NCBI GenBank assembly: GCA_965247985.1
Contig: OZ252051.1
Coordinates: 4,227,060 to 4,291,059 of the forward strand
DNA from: an uncultured Candidatus Binatia bacterium
GTDB taxonomy: Bacteria; Desulfobacterota; Binatia; Bin18
Reading direction: 5' to 3'
DNA length: 64,000 nucleotides
A model generated the notes under the pieces. The model was not told the origin of the DNA. It searched no databases and saw only the letters and a program-made list of their open reading frames with translations. Positions 56,624 to 64,000 of this stretch are shown here, piece by piece. Numbering within the stretch: position 1 is the stretch's first letter; each line of letters begins with the position of its first letter. A program made the position numbers and the translations under genes.

Positions 56624-57556
56624 CTACGTGTTACTCGTCCGTCTAAAGAACGCCTGCACCAGGCTGTCAATGTCTTGCTCTTGCGTTGGCGCATACCACT
56701 GCACCTCAGGTTCCGCCCGCAGCCACGTCATCTGCCGTTTGGCCAGCCGGCGTGTTTCCCTGGCCATGTGGGTCAGTGCTTCCTCCAGTGTGTATCGTCC
56801 GTGTAACAGGTTCCCAATCTGGGCGTAGCCTATGGTTCGGATTGTGGGAAGCTGCTCACCAAACCCCATATCCCAGACCCGGCGGACCTCGTCAACAAGG
56901 CCCTCACGAATCATCTGCTGGCAGCGCTGTTTAATGCGCTGGGCCAGGACTTCTCGCTCCATGACCAGGGACACGAGGAGAGTCGAAAAGGGTCGCTCTT
57001 GGAAGCCATGCTCTCGCTGCCAGGCACTCATTGGCTTGCCACTCAGCAGCCAGACTTCTAAGGCCCGAATCAGCCGGACTCGGTCGTTTGGATGGAGTCG
57101 GCGAGCGGCTTCCGCATCAACCTGACGGAGCCAGTTATGGAGAAAACCGGGACCCTGCTTTTTCTCCTGCGCGCTCAGACGGGTGCGCAGCGCAGGGTCA
57201 GACTGCGGTCCAACAAAGAGCCCACGGGTGAGTGCACGAATATAGAGTCCTGTTCCACCCACCACAAAAACGCGCTTGCCACGCCGGGTAATAGCGGCAA
57301 TCGCTTCGTGCGCGAGTGCCCGAAATCGTACCACATCAAAGTGTTCGTCCGGATTGACCACATCAATCACATGGTGCGCGACCTGGGCTTGCTCTTGTGT
57401 GGTTGGCTTTGCGGTACCAATGTCCAGGTACCGATATACTTGACGCGAATCCGCACTGATAATCTCCGCGTTATAGCGTTGGGCGAGGGTGAGCGCGAGC
57501 GCTGTTTTTCCCGTGGCTGTCGGTCCGGTAATCACAACGATCGGCGGCGTTTCCAT
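56624..57556 (-). CDS. miaA: tRNA dimethylallyltransferase
   Basis: GPTATGKT, ISADSRQVY, DIGTAKP, VGGTGLY, AKRQMTW. Confidence 0.96.
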   Translation of the reverse strand: METPPIVVITGPTATGKTALALTLAQRYNAEIISADSRQVYRYLDIGTAKPTTQEQAQVAHHVIDVVNPDEHFDVVRFRALAHEAIAAITRRGKRVFVVGGTGLYIRALTRGLFVGPQSDPALRTRLSAQEKKQGPGFLHNWLRQVDAEAARRLHPNDRVRLIRALEVWLLSGKPMSAWQREHGFQERPFSTLLVSLVMEREVLAQRIKQRCQQMIREGLVDEVRRVWDMGFGEQLPTIRTIGYAQIGNLLHGRYTLEEALTHMARETRRLAKRQMTWLRAEPEVQWYAPTQEQDIDSLVQAFFRRTSNT

Positions 57557-57637
57557 ATGTCACAGTGAGTGTGTGAGACACACGAGGGAGCATGGCAGCC
57601 AGGGCGCAAAACGCATCCAAACGGCTCCTCTTCTCTA

Positions 57638-57673
57638 CTCTTGGCGCCTCTCTTGGCGCCTCTCTTGGCGCCT
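57638..57673 (+). repeat. Perfect 12-bp tandem repeat x3 (CTCTTGGCGCCT)
   Basis: Directly read from sequence, abutting the cofC stop. Confidence 0.9.
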
Positions 57674-58338
57674 CACAACGGCGGCTCAACCCCAAGGGCG
57701 GGTAAAACCTCCAAATCCTGCAAGGCTTGATAGGTATGCGTCGCAGTTGGCTGCAAGGCAAAGAGGGTGAGGTCTTCAACCGAATCAATGTCAAACGCAA
57801 TACGCGGAGCCTCAATCACGCGGCAGGTCACATTCTCTTCCCGCGCCCGGACTTGGTGGGCGTTGAGGCTCGGTCCGCCAAAGCAGGTTGGGATCACGAG
57901 CGGCGGGGTGCGCAAGAGCGCGTTGGTGCCCTCGCCTTCTTTGCACGTCACCAGCAGCACTTCGGGCTCATCCCTTGCTTCACACAAGAGGAGGTCAATG
58001 TCTTCGGATGTGACCAGCGGCAGGTCTGACAACAGGACCAGGAGCGTTGTCCCGCCCTGTTGCAGACAAAACTCGGCCCCAACAGCAACGGCCCCGTTGA
58101 GCCCTCGCGGGTGACCCTCATCAATGGCGTCAGCGCCCAAACCACGCGCGATGTCCAGTAAGGTCTGGTCCGAGGTCACGACGCCAAAGCCGTCCACCGT
58201 AGCCGCCCGGCGTAGCTGCGTCAGCACGTCACGCAACATGGCCTGAGACAAGGCATAGCGCTGTGCATCGGACAAGAGCACTGACAGGCGACTCTTGCCT
58301 TGGGCGAGCGCTTTTATAGGCACGAGAACAAAGTTCAC
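57673..58338 (-). CDS. cofC: 2-phospho-L-lactate/PEP guanylyltransferase CofC (F420 biosynthesis)
   Basis: VPIK...GKSRLS, AMLRDV, VVTSD, GLNGAV, SDLPL, GTNAL, FGGPS..H, FDIDSVEDL; GTG start at 58338. Confidence 0.88.
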   Translation of the reverse strand: MNFVLVPIKALAQGKSRLSVLLSDAQRYALSQAMLRDVLTQLRRAATVDGFGVVTSDQTLLDIARGLGADAIDEGHPRGLNGAVAVGAEFCLQQGGTTLLVLLSDLPLVTSEDIDLLLCEARDEPEVLLVTCKEGEGTNALLRTPPLVIPTCFGGPSLNAHQVRAREENVTCRVIEAPRIAFDIDSVEDLTLFALQPTATHTYQALQDLEVLPALGVEPPL

Positions 58339-58436
58339 CTGAGCTATCCTGAAGAAATTCTCCTTGCAGAACAAGGGGGAATATGGATATAGTTGGGCCT
58401 CTATCAGACACTGCCCATAAAGTAAGGAGGAGCCAC

Positions 58437-59654
58437 ATGAGAGAAGTTGCCCTGGTTGGTGCGGGCATGACCCGTTTTGCAAAGCATCTGGATAAAGGCA
58501 TGAAAGAGTTGTCCCGCGAAGCCATTGAGGGGGCACTCGCCTCCGCGGGGGTTGAGGCCCAGGCGCTGGAGGCAGTCGCGGTCGGGAACGCCATGGCCGG
58601 CCTGATTACCGGTCAGGAATGCATCCGCGGGCAAGTGGTCCTACGCGAAATGGGTATCGGCGGTATTCCGGTCATTAATACCGAAAACGCCTGCGCCAGT
58701 GCGGCCACCGCGTTTCATCTGGCCTGGTTGTATGTGGCGTCAGGCATGTATGACGTCGTGCTCGCCCTGGGCATGGAAAAGCTCTACCACGAGGATAAAA
58801 AGAAATCGTTTGCCGCTATTGGCAGCGCCATTGATGTGGAGCTGATGCAAAAAACCTTGGCGGATATGAAAAAGGCAACCCAGGAAAAAGGCGAGGCAGC
58901 CGGGGCCGGCAAGTCGCGCAGCATGTTCATGGACTTTTACGCCGAGTTTGCACGCAGCCATATGCGCAAATACGGCACGACCAAAGAGCACTATGCACGG
59001 ATTGCCGCCAAGAACCACACCAATGGCAGTCTGAACCCGCACGCCCAGTTTCAGACCCCGCGCAGCATGGAAGACGTGCTTGCCTCACCCATGATCGCCG
59101 ACCCGCTGACCCGGATGATGTGCTCACCTATTGGTGACGGTGCTGCCGCCCTGGTGCTCACCAGCGCAGAAAAAGCGAAAGAATTCACCACCAAGCCGGT
59201 CTATGTCAAAGCCTCAGTGCTGGGTTCGGGCAAAGACCACCAGCCTGGTGACCCCGGCGTCACAGAGCGCATGGCGAAGAAAGCCTACGAAGTCGCCGGC
59301 ATCGGCCCTGAAGATATTGATGTAGCCGAAGTCCACGACGCTTCGGCGCCGGCAGAACTCGTCATCTATGAAGAACTCGGCCTGTGCCGACAAGGCGAAG
59401 GGGGCCGCCTGATTGACGAAGGGGTGACTGCACTCGGCGGAAAAACTCCAGTGAATCCCAGTGGCGGTTTGCTGGCCAAAGGCCATCCGGTCGGTGCCAC
59501 CGGCACGGCCCAGATTGCCGAGATTTTCTGGCAACTACGCGGTGAAGCCGGCAAACGCCAGGTCGAAGGAGCCAAAGTCGGGCTGACCGAGAACGGGGGC
59601 GGTATGGTCCGGGGTGAAGCTGCCGCTCTGGCCGTTCACATTCTCAGCGTCTAA
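58437..59654 (+). CDS. Thiolase, SCP2/lipid-transfer type
   Basis: ENACASA, CSPIGDGAAA, AEVHDA, NPSGGLLAKGHPVGATG; AAGGAGG SD. Confidence 0.92.
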   Translation: MREVALVGAGMTRFAKHLDKGMKELSREAIEGALASAGVEAQALEAVAVGNAMAGLITGQECIRGQVVLREMGIGGIPVINTENACASAATAFHLAWLYVASGMYDVVLALGMEKLYHEDKKKSFAAIGSAIDVELMQKTLADMKKATQEKGEAAGAGKSRSMFMDFYAEFARSHMRKYGTTKEHYARIAAKNHTNGSLNPHAQFQTPRSMEDVLASPMIADPLTRMMCSPIGDGAAALVLTSAEKAKEFTTKPVYVKASVLGSGKDHQPGDPGVTERMAKKAYEVAGIGPEDIDVAEVHDASAPAELVIYEELGLCRQGEGGRLIDEGVTALGGKTPVNPSGGLLAKGHPVGATGTAQIAEIFWQLRGEAGKRQVEGAKVGLTENGGGMVRGEAAALAVHILSV

Positions 59655-60218
59655 ATGCGGGTTATCTCCGGCTCGGCAGGTGGGCTCACACTCAGCGTGC
59701 CCAAGGGACACAAGGTCCGGCCCACTGCCGACCGAGTCAGAGAGTCTGTATTCAACATCCTCGCCAGTCGATTTTCTCTCACCGATATAGACGTTCTTGA
59801 TCTGTTCGCCGGCACGGGTGGGCTCGGCATAGAGGCCTTAAGCCGCGGCGGACGCTCGGCCGTATTCGTTGATGCCAGTCCGGACGCCCACAAGGTTATC
59901 CGTACCAACCTCAAAACAACCAAGCTGCTCCATCGCGGCCGTCTGCTTCGGGCCGCCGCCCTCACCGGCATTCGTATCCTGGAAGACCAAGGGCTCCGTT
60001 TCGGCGGAGTGTTTCTTGACCCGCCGTATAACCAGGGCTGGGTGGATAAAACTCTGCGGCGTTTGGCGCGGAGTCCGGTCCTCCTTCCGGGTGCCTGGGT
60101 GGTGGTTGAACACGCGCGGCAGGAAGCCGGAGCCGCCGCCTACACCTCATTGGTATTGACGGACCGCCGCCGTTACGGCACAACCGGGGTGTCTTTTTAC
60201 CAGCATGAGCCAGCATGA
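59655..60218 (+). CDS. rsmD: 16S rRNA m2G966 methyltransferase
   Basis: MRVISG, RPTADRVRESVFN, LDLFAGTGGLGIEALSRG, FLDPPY. Confidence 0.94.
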   Translation: MRVISGSAGGLTLSVPKGHKVRPTADRVRESVFNILASRFSLTDIDVLDLFAGTGGLGIEALSRGGRSAVFVDASPDAHKVIRTNLKTTKLLHRGRLLRAAALTGIRILEDQGLRFGGVFLDPPYNQGWVDKTLRRLARSPVLLPGAWVVVEHARQEAGAAAYTSLVLTDRRRYGTTGVSFYQHEPA

Positions 60219-60229
60219 GCCAGCATGAG
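60200..60229 (+). repeat. Perfect 10-bp tandem repeat x3 (CCAGCATGAG)
   Basis: Directly read from sequence; spans the rsmD stop codon. Confidence 0.9.
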
Positions 60230-60243
60230 AATGAGGAATCCGA

Positions 60244-60738
60244 GTGAAACGTCGCGCCATATATCCCGGCTCTTTTGACCCACCGACGTGTGGACATGTA
60301 GACATCGTCCGTCGCAGCCTTGAACTCACCGACGAAGTCGTTGTCGCGGTCGTGTACAACCCCCAAAAAAAGAACTATCTTTTCACCCCACAGGAACGTC
60401 TCGACATGTTTCGCGAGGAGTTGCAGGAGGCGGGAGACCGGGTGATCTACGACAGTTTTCATGGCCTGCTGGTTGATTACGTCGAGAGAATGCAAGCCAG
60501 AATTATTATCCGGGGTTTACGCGCGGCCTCAGATTTTGAATACGAGTTTCAGATGGCCCTCATGAACCGCCATATGAAGCCCGAGATTGATACGGTTTTT
60601 CTGACAACCGGGGCGGCCCATTTTTACACGGCGGCGCGCCTGGTCAAAGAAATTGCCAGTCTGAACGGTTCAGTGAAGGGCCTCGTTCCGCCCCATGTCG
60701 AAAAGCGCCTCCGCGAGAAATTCGCGCAAAGGGCCTGA
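60244..60738 (+). CDS. coaD: Phosphopantetheine adenylyltransferase
   Basis: AIYPGSFDPPTCGH, IRGLRAASDFEYEFQMALMN. Confidence 0.95.
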   Translation: MKRRAIYPGSFDPPTCGHVDIVRRSLELTDEVVVAVVYNPQKKNYLFTPQERLDMFREELQEAGDRVIYDSFHGLLVDYVERMQARIIIRGLRAASDFEYEFQMALMNRHMKPEIDTVFLTTGAAHFYTAARLVKEIASLNGSVKGLVPPHVEKRLREKFAQRA

Positions 60739-60842
60739 ACGCGGACTATTACAGGCTCGCACATGCTCGTATGAGCGTTTCACGTCGTGGTATGAGCGGC
60801 GTGCAGACCACGCGTGAGACAAGAGGAGTATAGGGTAAAATC

Positions 60843-62042
60843 ATGCGTCTTGCACCACGTTTAGAGCAGGTCAAACCATCGCCGACCCTCATGGTCACGG
60901 TGAAAGTCGCGGCGCTCCGTCGTGAGGGGATTGAAGTGATTGATTTTGGGGCTGGCGAGCCCGACTTTGATACCCCGGAGCATATTAAAGACGCGGCTAT
61001 CGCCGCCCTCAAACAAGGCAAGACCAAATATACGCCTGTTGGCGGAACGGCTGACGTCAAAGAGGCCATCATCGCGAAACTCCAGCGAGACAATAGTCTC
61101 AAATACACACTCCCGGAAGTCACGACCAGTTGTGGCGGGAAACATATCCTCTTTAACGCCTTTCATGCCCTGGTCGGTCCCGGAGATGAAGTCCTCATCC
61201 CAGCCCCCTATTGGGTCAGCTATTCCGACATCGTGATCCTGGCTGGCGGTACCCCGAAACTCCTTCCCACAACGGAAGAAACGGGTTTCAAAATCACTGC
61301 GGCCCAACTACAAGCCGCCATCGGCCCGCACAGCAAAGTGCTGCTGCTCAACAGTCCGTCCAATCCGACCGGCGCCGCCTACACGGAAGACGAGCTCAGC
61401 CGGATTGCAGACGTGATCGAGTCCAGCGACCTCTTCACCATCTCCGACGACGTATACGAAAAGTTTTTGTACGACGCCCCGCGCTGCGCCCATTTGCTCG
61501 CTCTCAAGCCAAATCTGCGCGACCGGCTCCTGGTGGCCAATTCGGTCTCAAAAACCTACGCCATGACCGGCTGGCGTTTAGGCTATGCCGCCGGACCGCA
61601 GGAAGTCATTAAGGCGATAGAAACCATCCAGAGCCAGAGCACCTCAAATCCGAACTCAATCGCCCAGGCCGCGGCAATTGAAGCCCTGACCGGGGACCAG
61701 GAACCAGTGGGCATCATGGCCAAAGAGTTTGCCAAACGACGCAATTATGTGGTTGAGCGGTTGCGAGCCATCCCAGGCATCAGCTGTACGCTGCCGGAAG
61801 GCGCGTTTTATGTCTTTCCACGGGTCTCGGGTTGCTTCGGGTCACAGTGGCAGGACAAAACCATTGCGTCGGCCATGGACCTCTCGCTGTATCTCCTGGA
61901 AGAAGCCAAGGTTGCTCTTGTGGCGGGTGAGGGTTTCGGCTCTGCGGAGCACGTCCGTATTTCTTATGCCACGTCTATGCAGAATCTTGAGCAGGGCCTC
62001 AATCAGATAGAAGCCGCGCTGCAACATCTGAGCGGCTCATAA
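60843..62042 (+). CDS. Class I PLP-dependent (aspartate-type) aminotransferase
   Basis: GEPDFDTP, PAPYWVSY, NSPSNPTG, SDDVY, SKTYAMTGWRLG, RISYA. Confidence 0.93.
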   Translation: MRLAPRLEQVKPSPTLMVTVKVAALRREGIEVIDFGAGEPDFDTPEHIKDAAIAALKQGKTKYTPVGGTADVKEAIIAKLQRDNSLKYTLPEVTTSCGGKHILFNAFHALVGPGDEVLIPAPYWVSYSDIVILAGGTPKLLPTTEETGFKITAAQLQAAIGPHSKVLLLNSPSNPTGAAYTEDELSRIADVIESSDLFTISDDVYEKFLYDAPRCAHLLALKPNLRDRLLVANSVSKTYAMTGWRLGYAAGPQEVIKAIETIQSQSTSNPNSIAQAAAIEALTGDQEPVGIMAKEFAKRRNYVVERLRAIPGISCTLPEGAFYVFPRVSGCFGSQWQDKTIASAMDLSLYLLEEAKVALVAGEGFGSAEHVRISYATSMQNLEQGLNQIEAALQHLSGS

Positions 62043-62077
62043 GAATCCCACCACCGGAAACACAGCCGAGAGACACC

Positions 62078-62105
62078 GTAGGGGCAGTGCATGCATTGCC
62101 CCTAC
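62078..62105. repeat. GTAG-type REP palindrome
   Basis: GTAGGGGCAGTGCATGCATTGCCCCTAC. Confidence 0.8.
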
Positions 62106-62141
62106 AATCGCAAATTGTACGCAATTTGTACGTCAGTTTGG

Positions 62142-62438
62142 CTAGAGCCCCTCGACCAGGACAATCTCGGCCTCGGAACCGGTTTGGCGTAGCTTGATAA
62201 GCGGGGCGTACTCCGGGTCGTTATACCACGCCCGCGCGTTCTCCATGGATGGAAACTCAACCACGACTATCACCCGTGAGGCCGGCGTTGTTCCTTCCAC
62301 GACATCCATCTCCCCCCCGCGCACTAAGTACCGCCCCCCGTGCTTCTGCACCAGGGTCTGAACCTTCGGTCCATACTCTTCCACCCAAGCGGGATCGCTC
62401 ACATCCACTCCACCGACGAGATAAGCTGGCATACTCAT
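62142..62438 (-). CDS. DUF1330-family protein
   Basis: MPAYLV, KHGGRYLVRGG, VVEFPSMENARAWYNDPEY, LVEG. Confidence 0.92.
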   Translation of the reverse strand: MSMPAYLVGGVDVSDPAWVEEYGPKVQTLVQKHGGRYLVRGGEMDVVEGTTPASRVIVVVEFPSMENARAWYNDPEYAPLIKLRQTGSEAEIVLVEGL

Positions 62439-62640
62439 ATCCTCCTCTGTCTCTCCTGTAGTCTCATTTTTCTCCCATTGCTCCCATTGCCTGTATCACA
62501 CCCGTCGCATGGTGGTCACCCGCACCCCAGAGCCGCGCGAGGATTTGCCCATCAGCGGAGAGTGTCGTCTCGACATCAACAACGGTGCGATTGTGCATCT
62601 TGCCCTCTGAACGTGTAGGCAAAGTAGCGGGGAGAAGATT

Positions 62641-62668
62641 GTAGGGGCAATTCATGCATTACCCCTAC
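62641..62668. repeat. GTAG-type REP palindrome overlapping the MFS 3' end
   Basis: GTAGGGGCAATTCATGCATTACCCCTAC; contains the MFS stop codon. Confidence 0.8.
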
Positions 62669-63848
62669 CCGCGGCCACCTCCTGCTCCTCACCCGCTGCC
62701 AACTTCTTCTCCGTCGTCAACCAGGTAAACACCAGCGTCCCAACGCCACCGGCAACAGCACCAAACCCGAATAAAGGCCGCAGGCCGACAACATCCGACA
62801 GCATTCCAGCCAGTACCGGGCCGAGCATCATACCGACGCTCAGCGCCATATTCAGTACGCCCATAATCGCCCCCATCCCCCCTTGCTTGCCCTCCCCCAC
62901 GGCCAGGGCAGTGAGGGCCGGGCCGGCGAGAGCGCCCATTATTCCAGTGAATCCACCAATGAGCAGCAGCTCCCAAAAGCTATGGGAAAAGAGGATGGTC
63001 ACAAAAGCGGCGGAGGACAGATAACCACTGACGATAATCAATAGCCGCTTGCTATAGCGGTCAGCCAGACGGCCGAACGGCACCTGGACCAGGCTGTTCA
63101 CCAGCATATACGTCGCCATGATGATACCAATGCGGGATTGGCTGAGGAGCAGCACTTCTACGGCGAGCAGCGGTAAGAAAGAGAACCATAATCCCATCTG
63201 AATGGCCGTCACCATGCGAAACAGGGTAATCCCGCGGACACTTGGTCGGCGCAAGAGTTCGCGGTACGACGGCGGTCGCTGCGCCTCCTCGTGAGGAGAA
63301 CGGGCCTCGTCTAAAAAGAAGAGGACAAAGAGCAAGGCCAGGACGTTCAGGCCGCCCATCAAATAAAAACTGATAGCCATGCCATACGTATCGCTCAGCC
63401 ATCCACCGGCCAGGGGGCCTACGCCGATACTACTGGTCAGCGCAAGATTGAAGATGCCCATCAGCTCACCCCGCTTTTCCGCAGGAGCAAGGTCGCCGAC
63501 ATACGCGGTCGAGATGGGAATAATGAGGGCCACCGCGATCCCCTGGAAAAATCGGCCAAGGGTCAAGTACACGATATTAGGGGCGTACACATAGACGAGC
63601 GACATCAGGCTGCTGAGGAGCAGGCCGGCAGCAATAAATGCCTTGCGTCCGCGCTGGTCGGACAGGCGCCCGATGGTCGGCATGAACAGTATCTGCGCTA
63701 AGGGAAAACTGGCAAAGAAGATGCCAATACTGACTCCGGTCGCACCCAGCGTCTTGGCGTAAATCGGCATGAACGGAATCACGATACCCATGCCGAGCAT
63801 AGAGGTGAAAATCGCGAGGTTCAGAATATAAAAAACGCGCCAGTTCAA
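62652..63848 (-). CDS. MFS transporter (DHA1/TetA-like)
   Basis: About 12 TM helices, motif A twice (GRLSDQRGRK, GRLADRYSKR), GPLAGG. Confidence 0.92.
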   Translation of the reverse strand: MNWRVFYILNLAIFTSMLGMGIVIPFMPIYAKTLGATGVSIGIFFASFPLAQILFMPTIGRLSDQRGRKAFIAAGLLLSSLMSLVYVYAPNIVYLTLGRFFQGIAVALIIPISTAYVGDLAPAEKRGELMGIFNLALTSSIGVGPLAGGWLSDTYGMAISFYLMGGLNVLALLFVLFFLDEARSPHEEAQRPPSYRELLRRPSVRGITLFRMVTAIQMGLWFSFLPLLAVEVLLLSQSRIGIIMATYMLVNSLVQVPFGRLADRYSKRLLIIVSGYLSSAAFVTILFSHSFWELLLIGGFTGIMGALAGPALTALAVGEGKQGGMGAIMGVLNMALSVGMMLGPVLAGMLSDVVGLRPLFGFGAVAGGVGTLVFTWLTTEKKLAAGEEQEVAAGRGNA

Positions 63849-64000
63849 AATGCGGGTCTCAGAGCGAAAGGCTCAGTGTGTGTGGATAGCTTTCTTGTTT
63901 CATACGGCCATGCATCCAACAAGGCAGCGCGCCCGCTTTCCTCTGCTTGCCGCTTTCTGCTAAGAAAATACTCGCAGGTGTGGTCACCGCACCGAAAGAA

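Noticed and set aside
57638-60229. CRISPR-like arrays from the short repeats at 57638 and 60200
   Set aside because: Units are 10-12 bp, directly abutting with no spacers, and no cas genes are present.
62464-62655. 63-aa minus-strand ORF between the MFS and DUF1330 genes
   Set aside because: It starts inside the REP and has no recognisable motif; coding status is unsupported.
1-64000. tRNA, rRNA or other known structured RNA genes
   Set aside because: No cloverleaf/T-loop signature or rRNA-like segment was recognised in the intergenic gaps by eye; an Infernal/tRNAscan run would be needed to exclude them formally.

Overview
GC-rich bacterial chromosomal segment, densely coding. I recognised no rRNA, tRNA, CRISPR array, transposase or prophage structural genes. 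Gene content and order (pheA-hisC-tyrA-aroA-cmk-rpsA-ihfB, rsmD-coaD-aminotransferase, ptsP, cofC, an LLM oxidoreductase, family III CoA-transferases, DUF1302/DUF1329/RND) suggest a diderm 'deltaproteobacterial' lineage such as Ca. Binatia; this is inference only. The left third is catabolic/envelope: an RND-DUF1302-DUF1329 module, DUF5916 barrel, enoyl-CoA hydratase, MsrP, two M19 dipeptidases, an amidase and a second DUF1329-like protein. The middle holds hsp20, a FimB-like tyrosine recombinase, queE, HU, ptsP, thiD, alkA, fhs, typA and a phd/vapC TA pair. The best candidate for an undescribed system is a visibly AT-richer ~3.4 kb opposite-strand insert (about 42.75-46.15 kb) that splits a chelatase-like AAA+/VWA pair. 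It carries a decayed hicB, a PIN-domain gene, an orphan relB/dinJ, and a tightly overlapping three-gene operon: STAS + GHKL/RsbW-like kinase, DUF4325 STAS-like protein, and a single-TM helical protein. I infer this may be a phospho-switch-controlled defence/conflict module. Several families of short palindromic repeats (REP-like) are scattered through the window; two copies supply stop codons and one is translated in-frame inside pheA. All assignments come from reading motifs by eye; no database searches were run.
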